Made by a program: the position numbers and the translations under genes. From Candidatus Aegiribacteria sp. (lineage in GTDB: Bacteria; Fermentibacterota; Fermentibacteria; Fermentibacterales; JCC-6), in contig JAWOBF010000091.1 of assembly GCA_046498225.1 (NCBI GenBank), forward strand, positions 1 through 50,723: a DNA stretch of 50,723 nucleotides. Reading direction: 5' to 3'. Position 1 is the first letter of the stretch; each line of letters opens with the position of its first letter. The notes under the pieces were generated by a model. The model was given only the letters and a program-made list of their open reading frames with translations. It had not been told where the DNA came from and made no database searches. Positions 30,580 to 41,049 of this stretch are shown here, piece by piece.

Positions 30580-31644
30580 ATGATAGACATTATCTGCGGG
30601 GCAAGGCCCAATTTCATTAAGGTCGACCCCATCGTGAGGAACATGGACAGCGGGCTGAAAGCCCGCATAGTCCACACCGGGCAGCACTACGACCATATCA
30701 TGTCCCAGAGCTTCTTCGACCAGCTGGAGCTGCCGGAGCCGGACCTCAACCTGGAGGTGGGATCCGACAGCGTAACCGCTCAGACCGCGTCCATAATGCT
30801 GAAGTACGAAGAGGTCCTGCGGAAAGGGCTGCCCCGGGCCGTTATCGTGGTGGGAGACGTGAACTCGACCCTGGCCTGCTCCCTGGCAGCCGTCCGCTAC
30901 GGGATACCGGTAATTCACGTGGAGGCGGGCCTGAGAAGCTTCGACCGCGCAATGCCCGAAGAGATAAACAGGGTCCTCACCGACCAGATAGCCGAACTGC
31001 TCCTGATAACCAGCGTTGAGGCGCGTGACAACCTGCTGGCCGAGGGGAAGAGCAGCCAGATGATTAAACTGGTGGGCAACCCCATGATAGACACCCTGCG
31101 AAGGCTGCTGCCGTCGGCCATGTCCAGGGAGGAGCCTCCCGCATCGGAGCCTTACTGCCTGGTCACTCTGCACCGGCCCTCCAATGTGGACGACCCCGAG
31201 AGGCTGGGCGGGCTGCTGGAAGCCCTGGGCGACCTGGAGAACCTGCAGGTGGTGTTCCCGGCTCATCCCAGGACCCTTAGGAGCATTCAGGACCTGGGAC
31301 TCGAGGTTCCGCGGAACATTTTGATGGGTGAGCCCATGTCCTATCTGCAGTTCCTCAGGGCGCAGGTTTCGGCTTCGGTGGTCATCACCGATTCCGGAGG
31401 GGTACAGGAGGAGACCAGCGTTCTGGGGGTCCCCTGCGTTACAGTGAGAGCAAATACGGAGAGACCGGTAACTCTTGAACTGGGCACAAATACGCTGTGC
31501 CCGGAAGTGTCGGGGCTGAAGGAAGCGGTAAGGGAACAGATGGAAAAGCGTCCGGCCCAGCCTCCCGAGATCCCCCTGTGGGATGGAAAGGCCGGAGAGA
31601 GGATAGCCGCGGCAATAGATGAATTCATCGGAGGTATAAGATGA
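30580..31644 (+). CDS. wecB: UDP-N-acetylglucosamine 2-epimerase (non-hydrolysing)
   Basis: GARPNFIK, HTGQHYD, HVEAGLRS, MPEEINR, TDSGGVQEE. Confidence 0.95.
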   Translation: MIDIICGARPNFIKVDPIVRNMDSGLKARIVHTGQHYDHIMSQSFFDQLELPEPDLNLEVGSDSVTAQTASIMLKYEEVLRKGLPRAVIVVGDVNSTLACSLAAVRYGIPVIHVEAGLRSFDRAMPEEINRVLTDQIAELLLITSVEARDNLLAEGKSSQMIKLVGNPMIDTLRRLLPSAMSREEPPASEPYCLVTLHRPSNVDDPERLGGLLEALGDLENLQVVFPAHPRTLRSIQDLGLEVPRNILMGEPMSYLQFLRAQVSASVVITDSGGVQEETSVLGVPCVTVRANTERPVTLELGTNTLCPEVSGLKEAVREQMEKRPAQPPEIPLWDGKAGERIAAAIDEFIGGIR

Positions 31645-33074
31645 GACCGGTAAAGTTATTGCTTCATTTAAGCCTGTTTATGGTGGTCATCTGGGCTTCC
31701 GGATGCGGAGACGTTCCTCCGGACGCCGAACTGGGAGTGTCCGCCGCGGATACCGGAACACAGAGATTCGCCGTCTCCATACAGGGCGATGAAGTGGGTT
31801 ACATGCAGCTGGACATAGAGGAGTACGGGAGCGATTCACTCCTGATAACCCAGACCATAAACTGGAACATGATACTGATGGGCAACCGTCGGGACATCGA
31901 GATGTCCATGACGGCGGTATGCGATACCACGTACGATCTGGGCCGGATGGAGATGCTCATGTCCGACGGATCGGCGGACATTTCGGTAAGCGCTGTCAGG
32001 AGGGATTCACTTCTGCTGACCACCATCGGTTCCGCCGGCAGGGATATACAGCGATCCACCGAGATAGAAGGTGACTACCTGCCGGTTCTGGCGGACCTGG
32101 CCAGCGCCTCCATGGAATGGGCGGAGGGACAGGAGCGGACCTTTCAGTCATTCGATCCCGCCAGCGGAGCGATACTCTCCGCCACAGCTGTCTGCCAGGG
32201 ATTCGAGAGGATGCCCCTGCTTGGCGATACGGTGAACACCGCCAGGCTCGAGCTCTCCCAGATGGGAACCCGGAACCTGGTCTGGGTGGCGGACGGCCAG
32301 ATAGTGAGGGAATACGAGCAGGGACTTGGAATGGACATGACAAGGGTCCCGCCGGGTCAGGGCGGAGACGTTGTAGCCACCCGGGACCTGTACGAGGTCT
32401 TCGCGGTTTCATCCACTCCCATAGAGGACCCCAGGAGCGTCCGGTCCAGGACCTTCATCCTGGAGGGGGACATAGACTGGAGCCGTTTCCAGATGGACCT
32501 CCCACCGGTGCAGACCGCTTCTGGCTGCACCGTTTCAGTTTCCAACAGTTCTCCCGGGGTCATCGCCCCATTCCCTCCCGTCGACCTCCCGGACAGCCTG
32601 ATGCAATTCACTGAATCGGGACCCATGACACAGAGCGACGACCCGCTGATAGCCGCCACCGCCCTGGAGGTAACGGAGGGCAGCGGCGATTCATGGGAGG
32701 CCGCCCGAAGGATATGCAGTTTCGTGGACACCAGCGTGGAGAATACTCCCACCGTTTCGTTGCCCTCCGCCGTGGATGTCATGGAGAACCTGAGAGGCGA
32801 CTGCAATGAACACACCATACTGGCGGTGGCCCTGGCCAGGGCCGCGGGGCTTCCAGCCAGGATCTGCGCCGGGGTTGTCTACCTGAACGACTCCTTCGGC
32901 TACCACGCCTGGCCCATGATCTGGGCGGGGGAATGGGTCGCCATGGATCCCACATTCGGCCAGTACGTGGCCGATGGGACCCATATCATCCTGGCCACCG
33001 GGGACCTGCAGGCACAGTACGTGGTCAACGCGGTCATCGGCCGGCTCAGCATCACGGAACGGGTGAGCGAATAA
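31641..33074 (+). CDS. Transglutaminase-like domain lipoprotein
   Basis: Lipobox ASGC; Cys-His-Asp triad GDCNEH / YHAW / MDPT. Confidence 0.88.
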   Translation: MRPVKLLLHLSLFMVVIWASGCGDVPPDAELGVSAADTGTQRFAVSIQGDEVGYMQLDIEEYGSDSLLITQTINWNMILMGNRRDIEMSMTAVCDTTYDLGRMEMLMSDGSADISVSAVRRDSLLLTTIGSAGRDIQRSTEIEGDYLPVLADLASASMEWAEGQERTFQSFDPASGAILSATAVCQGFERMPLLGDTVNTARLELSQMGTRNLVWVADGQIVREYEQGLGMDMTRVPPGQGGDVVATRDLYEVFAVSSTPIEDPRSVRSRTFILEGDIDWSRFQMDLPPVQTASGCTVSVSNSSPGVIAPFPPVDLPDSLMQFTESGPMTQSDDPLIAATALEVTEGSGDSWEAARRICSFVDTSVENTPTVSLPSAVDVMENLRGDCNEHTILAVALARAAGLPARICAGVVYLNDSFGYHAWPMIWAGEWVAMDPTFGQYVADGTHIILATGDLQAQYVVNAVIGRLSITERVSE

Positions 33075-34174
33075 TGGCGTCCGAAAACGAATTGCAGGCC
33101 ATGAGAAAAGCGCTGAAACTCGCCTGCCGAAGCAGGGGGAACACCTTTCCGAATCCCATGGTTGGAGCTGTGATACTGGACTCTGAAGGCACCGAGGTCG
33201 GCGACGGTTTCCACCGGAAGTGCGGAACCCCCCACGCGGAGGCCGTGGCGCTGTTCTCGGCCGGGGAGGCTGCCAGGGGCGCGACCATGGTGGTCACCCT
33301 GGAGCCCTGCTGTCACCATGGGCGGACCGGTCCGTGTACTGAACAGATAATCGAAGCCGGAATTTCCAGGGTGGTCATGGCCATGGAGGATCCGGACCCC
33401 AGGGTTAGCGGCGGCGGGGCGGAGCAGCTGCGTGAAGCGGGCATCGAGGTTGAGGTCGGCCCGCTGGCGGAAGAGGCGCGGAAGCTCAACCGGGTATACA
33501 TCCATTTCCTCAAGACCGGCAGGAGCTGGCTGACACTGAAGATGGCCCAGAGCCTGGACGGCCGCACCGCGGCGGCCGATGGCAGCAGCCGCTGGATAAC
33601 GTGCGAGGATTCCCGAAAGCTGGTGCACGGCAGGAGGGCCTCGGTGGGCGCGGTGATGACGGGAGCCGGCACCGTGAGGGAGGACGACCCGAAACTCACC
33701 GTCCGGCTGGCGCCGCTGCCCCCCTCCGGACAGCCTGTCAGAATTGTGGTCTCCTCCACCGGGGACCTGGGCGGGTCGGAGAAGATCTTGAACGCTCCGG
33801 GGAGGACGGTACTAGCCGTTCCCGCCGGAGTCCGTACGGAAAACAGGAGGATGGACACCTGGGAGTTCCCGCCGGAACAGAACGGCCGCGGTTTCCAGCT
33901 GCTTTCCCTTCTCGAGCGTACCGCCGCCGAGGGTATAGGCGAGATACTGTGCGAGGCCGGCCCACGGCTCTCTACGGAGCTCCTCAGGCGGGATCTGGTG
34001 GATTCTGTGATGATCTTCACCGCTCCGGTACTGCTGGGCGGCGAGGGCAGGCCGTCCTTTGAAGCCCTGGGAGTGGATTCCATCGATGACGTGATCAAGC
34101 TGCGGAACGTATCCTTCAGTCTTTCGGGCACGGATTTCCTCACGGAGGGCGAGATTGTTCACCGGACTGATTGA
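33074..34174 (+). CDS. ribD: Riboflavin biosynthesis deaminase/reductase
   Basis: PNPMVG, HAE, TLEPCCHHGRTGPC, SLDGRTA, SRWIT; ATG 33074 overlaps the upstream TAA. Confidence 0.96.
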   Translation: MASENELQAMRKALKLACRSRGNTFPNPMVGAVILDSEGTEVGDGFHRKCGTPHAEAVALFSAGEAARGATMVVTLEPCCHHGRTGPCTEQIIEAGISRVVMAMEDPDPRVSGGGAEQLREAGIEVEVGPLAEEARKLNRVYIHFLKTGRSWLTLKMAQSLDGRTAAADGSSRWITCEDSRKLVHGRRASVGAVMTGAGTVREDDPKLTVRLAPLPPSGQPVRIVVSSTGDLGGSEKILNAPGRTVLAVPAGVRTENRRMDTWEFPPEQNGRGFQLLSLLERTAAEGIGEILCEAGPRLSTELLRRDLVDSVMIFTAPVLLGGEGRPSFEALGVDSIDDVIKLRNVSFSLSGTDFLTEGEIVHRTD

Positions 34175-34769
34175 GGACCGGGGCAGGGTTACGGGCTTCT
34201 CCGGCGGACGGCTGACGGTGGAGACACGCCTGGGGGAGATCTGCTCCGACGGCGACAGCGTGGCGGTGGACGGCTCATGCCTTACGGTGACCGGCTCCAG
34301 CAGGGGGGAGCTGGCTTTCCACTGTTCTCCCGAGACCGTATCAACTACCATAGTATCCGGCTACCACAGCGGCAGCGAAGTGAACCTGGAGACTCCTCTC
34401 AGCCTTGACGGTCTGCTGCACGGCCATCTGGTCACCGGCCATGTGGACCAGGCGGCATCCGTGCTGAAAGTACAGCGCTCGAGTGAGGGGATGACCGTCT
34501 GGGTATCCTACTCCGGGAAGTACTCCCGCCTGCTGGTACCGAAGGGATCCGTGGCGGTGAGCGGCATAAGCCTGACCATCGCCTCCCTTGCATCGGACAG
34601 GTTCTCGGTTGCGCTGATACCGGAAACACTGAAAAGGACAACCGCCGGCAGCTGGAAACCGGGAGCCGGGGTCAACCTCGAATACGATATAGTAGGCAAG
34701 TACCTGCAGAGGCAGCTGGAAGCCGCCGCCGGCGAAAAGAGATTGAGGGACTACATTGAACAGGGGTAG
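34155..34769 (+). CDS. ribE: Riboflavin synthase
   Basis: [35 protein letters not shown]. Confidence 0.96.
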   Translation: MFTGLIEDRGRVTGFSGGRLTVETRLGEICSDGDSVAVDGSCLTVTGSSRGELAFHCSPETVSTTIVSGYHSGSEVNLETPLSLDGLLHGHLVTGHVDQAASVLKVQRSSEGMTVWVSYSGKYSRLLVPKGSVAVSGISLTIASLASDRFSVALIPETLKRTTAGSWKPGAGVNLEYDIVGKYLQRQLEAAAGEKRLRDYIEQG

Positions 34770-35991
34770 GATTGCGGAAGCCGGCGAGGCCATAAGGGCC
34801 ATCGGAGAGGGTCGGATGGTCATCGTGGTGGATGACGAGAACAGGGAGAACGAGGGGGACCTCATAGTGGCCGCGGAAAAGTGCGACCCGGAGAAGGTGA
34901 ATTTCATGGCCCTGGAGGGCAGGGGGCTTATCTGCCTCTCCATGGAGAAGGACGACCTGGAGAGGCTGGGGATACACGAGATGGTCCCCAGGAACACCTC
35001 CCTGCATGAAACGGCGTTCATGGTGAGCATAGACGCCATCGAGGGAGTCTCCACAGGCATATCAGCGCATGACAGGGCAAGGACCATCGAGGTGGCCATC
35101 GATCCCTCATCCCGGCCCTCGGACCTGGCCAGGCCGGGGCATGTCTTCCCCCTGGCCGCGAGGCCGGGCGGGGTGCTGGCCAGGACCGGCCATACCGAGG
35201 CGGCGGTGGACCTGGCCCGGCTCGCCGGGCTCAGACCCGCAGGGGTGATATGCGAGATAATGAACAGGGACGGAACCATGGCCCGCCTTCCGCAGCTGAT
35301 GAAATTCGCGGAAGAGCACGGCCTGCTTCTGACGTCGGTGGAGGAGCTGGTCAGGTACAGGAGGAAGACGGAGAAGCTGGTGCGGGAGGTGGCCGATTCC
35401 ACCCTTCCCACAGACTACGGTACCTTTCAGCTTCGGATATTCGAGAGCATCAACGACGGCGACATCCATGTGGCGCTGGTGAAGGGGGACGTGGAGAACG
35501 GGGACAACGTTCTGGTAAGGGTCCATTCCCAGTGTCTTACCGGGGATGTCTTCGCCTCCAGGAGGTGCGACTGCGGAAGCCAGCTGCACGCCGCCATGAG
35601 ACGGGTGGAGGCCGAGGGCCGAGGAGTTATTCTGTACATGGCCCAGGAGGGAAGGGGAATAGGTCTGGCCAACAAGATAAAAGCCTACCATCTTCAGGAC
35701 CACGGGCTGGATACCGTGGAGGCCAACGAAGAACTGGGATTCCCCGCGGATCTGCGCGATTACGGAATAGGAGCCCAGATCCTTTCCGAGCTGGGTCTTT
35801 CCACCATAAGGCTCATGACCAACAATCCCAGAAAGATCATAGGCCTTCGGGGCTACGGTCTCGAGGTTACAGAGAGGGTGGGGATAGAGACTCCCCCCAC
35901 GAACGAGAACCTGAACTATCTCAGGACCAAGAAAACAAAACTGGGGCATATTCTGGAGGAGGTTGAAGATGACCCGGATACACGAGGGTAA
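34756..35991 (+). CDS. ribBA: Bifunctional DHBP synthase / GTP cyclohydrolase II
   Basis: [41 protein letters not shown]. Confidence 0.97.
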   Translation: MNRGRIAEAGEAIRAIGEGRMVIVVDDENRENEGDLIVAAEKCDPEKVNFMALEGRGLICLSMEKDDLERLGIHEMVPRNTSLHETAFMVSIDAIEGVSTGISAHDRARTIEVAIDPSSRPSDLARPGHVFPLAARPGGVLARTGHTEAAVDLARLAGLRPAGVICEIMNRDGTMARLPQLMKFAEEHGLLLTSVEELVRYRRKTEKLVREVADSTLPTDYGTFQLRIFESINDGDIHVALVKGDVENGDNVLVRVHSQCLTGDVFASRRCDCGSQLHAAMRRVEAEGRGVILYMAQEGRGIGLANKIKAYHLQDHGLDTVEANEELGFPADLRDYGIGAQILSELGLSTIRLMTNNPRKIIGLRGYGLEVTERVGIETPPTNENLNYLRTKKTKLGHILEEVEDDPDTRG

Positions 35992-36487
35992 GCTGGACGG
36001 AAAGGGTCTGAAGCCGGCCATAGTCGTTTCACGTTTCAACAGTTTCATCACGGGAAAACTGCTGGACGGGGCTCTGGACTGCCTGGAGAGGCACAACGTC
36101 GACATCGGCGACGTGGATGTTTTCCGGGTTCCGGGGGCCTGGGAACTTCCCGCCCTGGCTCTCAGAGTGGCGGACACCGGCCGGTTCGACTGTGTCATAT
36201 GCCTGGGAGCGGTGATAAGGGGGGAGACGCCGCATTTCGAGTACGTATCAGCCGAAAGCGCCAAGGGAATAGCTCAGGCGGCCATGCTCACCGATGTTCC
36301 GGTGGTGTACGGCGTGGTCACCGCCGATACGGTGGAGCAGGCCGTGGACAGGGCGGGGACCAAGTCCGGCAACAGGGGTTTCGACGCCGCCATGACCGCT
36401 CTGGAGTTGACAGCCCTCTACGATCAGGTCGCAGGTATGGAGGAAGCCGGCAGGAATGAGCCGGAGGAAGAGGGCGACCGGGTCTAG
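35969..36487 (+). CDS. ribH: 6,7-dimethyl-8-ribityllumazine synthase
   Basis: [30 protein letters not shown]. Confidence 0.97.
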   Translation: MTRIHEGKLDGKGLKPAIVVSRFNSFITGKLLDGALDCLERHNVDIGDVDVFRVPGAWELPALALRVADTGRFDCVICLGAVIRGETPHFEYVSAESAKGIAQAAMLTDVPVVYGVVTADTVEQAVDRAGTKSGNRGFDAAMTALELTALYDQVAGMEEAGRNEPEEEGDRV

Positions 36488-36931
36488 ATGGGAGTTAGGA
36501 GCAGGGGTCGCAAGGCGTTGCTTCAGGCCAGGTTCGCCGCCGAGATGAACGGCCGTTCCGTCTTCGCCAACCTGGAGTCGGTAAGGGGACTGATAGGGGA
36601 TCCGGAACTGGGACTCGGCGCTCCCCTGGATACCGAAGACTGGGAGTGGATATCTTCCGTGGCCGAAGCTGTGGAGGAGAACATGGAAGATATTCGCCGC
36701 AGGATAGAGCTCTCGCTGGAGAACTGGTCACTGGAAAGACTGAGCATGGTCGCGCGGCTGATACTGGAGCAGGGACTGGGGGAGATGCTCTATCTGGAGC
36801 CGCCGACTCCGGCCCCGGTTGTCATGGACGAATCGATAAAGCTGGCGAGGATGTTCGAGACCGATGAGGTGGCCGGACTGGTGAACGGCGTCCTCGACAG
36901 GATCTACAGGGAAAATGAAGAGAGGTCCTGA
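36488..36931 (+). CDS. nusB: Transcription antitermination factor NusB
   Basis: RSRGRKALLQ, NWSLERL, DESIKLA, VNGVLD; follows ribH. Confidence 0.9.
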   Translation: MGVRSRGRKALLQARFAAEMNGRSVFANLESVRGLIGDPELGLGAPLDTEDWEWISSVAEAVEENMEDIRRRIELSLENWSLERLSMVARLILEQGLGEMLYLEPPTPAPVVMDESIKLARMFETDEVAGLVNGVLDRIYRENEERS

Positions 36932-36943
36932 ACCGGAGGTAAC

Positions 36944-37654
36944 ATGCTGCTGAGAGTGATTTCCGATGTTCACGGCAATTATCAGGCTCTGGAAGCGGTG
37001 CTGTCCGACCCCGCCGGAGCCGGCGCGGACAGTACCCTATGCCTCGGTGACGTTGTGGGCTACGGCGCGGATCCCTCCAGGTGCATACAGAGGGTGCGGA
37101 AGGAATGCAGGTTGGTGGTCTGCGGCAACCATGACGCGGGGGCCGCGGGGCATGTCTCCATCGACCGGTTCAACTGGGAGGGGGCCACAGCTATCCGCTG
37201 GACCAGGACCGTCCTGAGCAGCGAGGAGGTCCGATGGCTCTCGATGCTGCCGCATTTCCATGAAATGCAGGATCTGTTCCTGTGTCACAGCTACCCCGCG
37301 GACCCGGAGAGCTGGACCTACGTCCTCAGGCGGAACCAGGCGCTGGCCTCCATAAGCGCAAGGGAGGGCCAGGTTTCGCTGATAGGCCATACGCACCTTC
37401 CGGGAGTCTGGCTGAAGGACGGCAATTACAGCGAGGAAGACTCGGGGGACCTGTCGAGAGCGGGAATCATCAATGCGGGCAGTGTGGGCCAGCCCAGGGA
37501 CCGCGACCCCAGGGCCGCGTACCTCCTGGTGGATACCGAAAAGGGAACCTGGGAACACAGAAGGGTCGAATATTCCATAGATGACGCCGCGGCCAGGATG
37601 AAGGAGGAATCACTCCCTCCGGTGCTGTGGCAGAGGCTTTACAGGGGCACCTGA
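36944..37654 (+). CDS. Metallophosphoesterase (calcineurin-like)
   Basis: SDVHGN, LGDVVGYG, GNHD, GHTH, NAGSVGQPRD. Confidence 0.92.
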   Translation: MLLRVISDVHGNYQALEAVLSDPAGAGADSTLCLGDVVGYGADPSRCIQRVRKECRLVVCGNHDAGAAGHVSIDRFNWEGATAIRWTRTVLSSEEVRWLSMLPHFHEMQDLFLCHSYPADPESWTYVLRRNQALASISAREGQVSLIGHTHLPGVWLKDGNYSEEDSGDLSRAGIINAGSVGQPRDRDPRAAYLLVDTEKGTWEHRRVEYSIDDAAARMKEESLPPVLWQRLYRGT

Positions 37655-37658
37655 GGGC

Positions 37659-38762
37659 TCAGCCCTCCAGGCTCTCCCTCATCACCTCCAGCATCCTTTC
37701 CGCCGTGGATTCCCAGTCGAACCGCCCCGCCCATTCAAGCCCGTTCCTCCCCAGCATTGACCTGAGGGCCGGGTCGCCCTCCAGCCTGCCCATCTGACGG
37801 GAAAGCTCCTCCAGGTCCCCGTGGGGGACCAGAATACCGGTCTCTCCGTCCCTCACCGAATCACGCAGCCCCTGGCTGTCGCTTGCTATCACCGGTGTTC
37901 CGCAGGCGTTGGCCTCTATCACCGTCAGCCCCCATCCCTCCTTTTCCGAAGGGAACACCGCCGCCCATGCGCGCCGGAGCCAGTGAAGCTTTCTTTCTTC
38001 CGGCACGAAGCCCTCGAAAGTGACCGAGTTCTCCAGTCCCAGCCTGCCGGTGAGCTTCGCAAGCTCCTCACGGTAGTCCCCAGAGCCCAGCACCACCAGC
38101 CTGCAGTCCTTTCCCGCCTGCCTGAGAAGGGCCAGGGCCGCTATTATCAGGTGAATTCCCTTGTATTTCTTCAGCCTTCCCACGTAGAGGAAGGTGCCCC
38201 GCTCGGGGGCCGGGTCCCCGGGAGAGTAGAGGCCGGTGTCGATGCCGCAGGGTATGACGGTTATGTCCTCCTCGGGGATACCCCGCTTTATCAGGTCATC
38301 CCGGGTGGACCTGGAGATAGCCACGAAGGACGAGCCTCTGTAGGCCCGGGGAATGAAGGATTCCATGAAATTCACATAGAGGGCCAGTGGAAACGGGACC
38401 TCCCTGTAGGCCGTGGTCCCGAATAGATGGGGTACGACGGTCAGCACCGGCACAGGCGACCACCGGGGGCTGTAGAAGGGTATCTTGCAAAGGTCTTCAA
38501 TGACCAGGTCGAAATTCGAGGCGATGTCCAGCGAGAGGGCGAAACCCCTGACGGTGAAATTGAACGTGTTCCTCCCCCCGTGGCGAAGTATTCTCACTCC
38601 ATCGATCTCCTCCTCCTTCGGAAGACCCTTCACCGCGTGGGATATCTGGGTAACCCGGTGTCCCCTCTCCACCGACCGCTTCAGTATTTCGTGCAGGTGG
38701 ACCTCGGCCCCGCCTGCCTCGGGATTCCTGGGGTCCCTCCAGTTCAGCGCCAGTATCCGCAT
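37659..38762 (-). CDS. Glycosyltransferase family 4
   Basis: NWRDPRNPEAGGAE, GRLKKYKG, EGWGLTVIEANACGTP. Confidence 0.93.
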   Translation of the reverse strand: MRILALNWRDPRNPEAGGAEVHLHEILKRSVERGHRVTQISHAVKGLPKEEEIDGVRILRHGGRNTFNFTVRGFALSLDIASNFDLVIEDLCKIPFYSPRWSPVPVLTVVPHLFGTTAYREVPFPLALYVNFMESFIPRAYRGSSFVAISRSTRDDLIKRGIPEEDITVIPCGIDTGLYSPGDPAPERGTFLYVGRLKKYKGIHLIIAALALLRQAGKDCRLVVLGSGDYREELAKLTGRLGLENSVTFEGFVPEERKLHWLRRAWAAVFPSEKEGWGLTVIEANACGTPVIASDSQGLRDSVRDGETGILVPHGDLEELSRQMGRLEGDPALRSMLGRNGLEWAGRFDWESTAERMLEVMRESLEG

Positions 38763-38763
38763 C

Positions 38764-39546
38764 TCAGCTCCCGTCCGGTTTGCGGGCGAAGACGCCGATT
38801 ACGCATCCCAGCCCGGTCCCCAGCGGAGAGGCCTCGGCTTTCCTTCTGATGCGGCGCCGCAGCCTGTGCAGGGGAGGGACGAGCACCGGTCTGAGCGGAA
38901 GGGCTATCCGCAGTTTCATGAGCGCTTCCCGAAGGACCCTGTAGGCCAGGGAGGGGGAGAAGAACCTGCCGTACGCCCCCGAAGGCTCCAGTCCCGCCGT
39001 GCGAAGGAGTTTCGACAGGCTTTTCACCGTGAACTGGGTCTCCCAGCCGGCGAACCAGGCGTTGAAGGCGATAAGAACCTTCTTCATGATGGTGTACACA
39101 TGGAAGGTCTGGGGCACGTCCACAAGGAGTGTGCCCCCCGGCATCAGCACCCTGGCGTTCTCCCGAAGCAGGGGGAGGGGGTCGCGGAAATGCTCCAGCA
39201 CACCCTGATGAAAAACTACGTCCAGGGAATCTTCACGGAAGGGAAGGGCGAGGGCGTCCCCGCAGACCAGCAGGAGTTCGGCTCCAGCCCTGTCCGCGGC
39301 CTGCCGGGCCAGCCTCAGCGCTTCGCGTGAATAATCCAGCGCGATGACCACTGCTCCCTCCCGTGCGAGCATGGCGCTGTCCCTGGCGGTGGCGGCGCCC
39401 ACTTCCATGATGGTCCTGCCGGTTACGTCTACCCGCCTGCCCAGTTCGCGAGGGATGCGGCCGTCATTGTCGTATATCTCGGCGAGGTCCCGGTCACGGC
39501 GCCAGAAGTCGTCCCAGTGGCTTCGCTCCGACTTTTTCTCTTTCAT
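38764..39546 (-). CDS. Class I SAM-dependent methyltransferase
   Basis: MEVGAATA (motif I), ALDYS, GDALALPF, LEHF, RVLMPGG. Confidence 0.9.
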   Translation of the reverse strand: MKEKKSERSHWDDFWRRDRDLAEIYDNDGRIPRELGRRVDVTGRTIMEVGAATARDSAMLAREGAVVIALDYSREALRLARQAADRAGAELLLVCGDALALPFREDSLDVVFHQGVLEHFRDPLPLLRENARVLMPGGTLLVDVPQTFHVYTIMKKVLIAFNAWFAGWETQFTVKSLSKLLRTAGLEPSGAYGRFFSPSLAYRVLREALMKLRIALPLRPVLVPPLHRLRRRIRRKAEASPLGTGLGCVIGVFARKPDGS

Positions 39547-39562
39547 GTGGCTAATCTAATAT

Positions 39563-39587
39563 GAAGGGCGGCCCGAAGCCGCCCTTC
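39563..39587 (-). terminator. GC-rich hairpin, probable terminator of the upstream minus-strand gene
   Basis: Perfect 10-bp stem GAAGGGCGGC/GCCGCCCTTC with loop TTCGG on the minus strand; weak U-tract. Confidence 0.6.
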
Positions 39588-39607
39588 TGTGCCGCTCAAC
39601 ACAGGTC

Positions 39608-40906
39608 TCAGTTTATGAGGTCTCTTCTTCCGATATGGCCCAGGTAACCGTTACGGACGTAGCGCCAGTACCTGTTCAGTCTCCTGGGGACGGAGGCCCT
39701 GTCCCAGTCGGTGGGCCTGTAGACACCGGGGTCGGGCACTACCAGCGAACCGACGTACGAGCCCTCGCTGTAGACCCTGTCTATCTCCGCGGCTATCTCG
39801 TCGATGTCACCCCTGGAAGCCACTCCGTTGGACGTGGCCTTGTAGAACTGGACGGTGACCCTTATGGGGAATTCCGGGTCCCTCTCTATCTCCAGGCCGT
39901 CTATTTCGGTGAACGGGCCTTCAAGTTCTCCGTGGCCTATGACGGCGGCCTCCACGTCCGAACTCAGAGCGGACTGCTCCGCCGCGCCCGTGGGAGCCGC
40001 CGACTCGGCGCAGACAATACCGTCGAACCAGGTGCCGCGGGGATCGCTCTGCTTCAGGGGTATCTGGATGAGCAGGACCATGTTCAGGTTGCTTTCATCG
40101 GATATCTCGGACGGGTCCCCGCCGTTCTGCTGGTAGTCGGTCCTGAAATCGGATATCCTCTGTCCGGTGAGGCTGGCCCTCTGGCCGTCCTGGTTGAAGA
40201 ATAGCCTCTGGCCCCAGCTCCAGGAGCCGGGGACCGCGTCCCTCGTATTGTCTATCACAGTCACGCTGGTTCCCTCCCGGGTCACCAGGATGGTGAGCAC
40301 CGCCGGGTTCTCCTCGTAGGACTGGTAATTGTAGAGTACCGGGTTGAAGGTCGCCCTGCCGCTGGAAGGAATGGGAAGGAAGACAGCCTGGGCGCTCACC
40401 AGGACGACGCTGTCCCGCTCGCACAGGAGGCTGTGCTCGTCGCCTTCCCAGGAGTCCGGATCGTGCAGGTAATAGCGTACGTTGTCCACGAAATCGGTAA
40501 GGGACACCGGAGCCAGTTCCTCCCCTATCTCATTGCCCACCAGCAGGTAGAAGTTTTCCGGGTCCATGTCCGCCGAGATGTCATGGAAGTTCGGGTACCT
40601 TATCACCGGCATGCAGGTGAGAGTGGGATGCTCCGCCCCGTTCCGGTAGCTGTGGACCTGGATGGTCATGTCCGAGATGTTGGGTCCCCAGCATGATCCG
40701 CTGTAGCGCCCGGTATCCTCCCATGTCACGTTCACCACATCGAGGCCGTGGCGCGACGCCATCCGGGTCACCTCGCTGTCCCAGACCATCTCCGCCACCC
40801 GAGACACTACTTCCTGATAATCCTCGCCGGCGGAACGTCCCGGACAGAAGTAGGCGGCTACCGATACAGAGAACACCATCAGGGTCGTCATCGCGTTCAG
40901 CACCAT
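39608..40906 (-). CDS. Uncharacterised, probably secreted protein
   Basis: SD GGAGG; hydrophobic N-terminus; conserved-looking blocks TWEDTGR, WGPNISDMT, SAQAVFLP, YNYQS, IQIPLKQ, PIRVTVQFY. No function recognised. Confidence 0.8.
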   Translation of the reverse strand: MVLNAMTTLMVFSVSVAAYFCPGRSAGEDYQEVVSRVAEMVWDSEVTRMASRHGLDVVNVTWEDTGRYSGSCWGPNISDMTIQVHSYRNGAEHPTLTCMPVIRYPNFHDISADMDPENFYLLVGNEIGEELAPVSLTDFVDNVRYYLHDPDSWEGDEHSLLCERDSVVLVSAQAVFLPIPSSGRATFNPVLYNYQSYEENPAVLTILVTREGTSVTVIDNTRDAVPGSWSWGQRLFFNQDGQRASLTGQRISDFRTDYQQNGGDPSEISDESNLNMVLLIQIPLKQSDPRGTWFDGIVCAESAAPTGAAEQSALSSDVEAAVIGHGELEGPFTEIDGLEIERDPEFPIRVTVQFYKATSNGVASRGDIDEIAAEIDRVYSEGSYVGSLVVPDPGVYRPTDWDRASVPRRLNRYWRYVRNGYLGHIGRRDLIN

Positions 40907-41020
40907 TTTCGTTCCTCCCGTTCCTGTGAATTACTATCTGATCCTTTCACCGCTGTTACATTCCCGCGCCGGCTGTTATTCCATCGGTCTGTCGGGCCGT
41001 TCCTCAAAGGGGGCTGTTTT

Positions 41021-41038
41021 TGTGAACATATGTTTACA
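41021..41038. promoter_or_regulatory. Putative LexA (SOS) box, GAAC-N4-GTTY type
   Basis: Near-perfect palindrome TGTGAACATATGTTTACA ending 11 nt before the dnaE2 ATG. Confidence 0.7.
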
Positions 41039-41049
41039 TATTTTACGGC

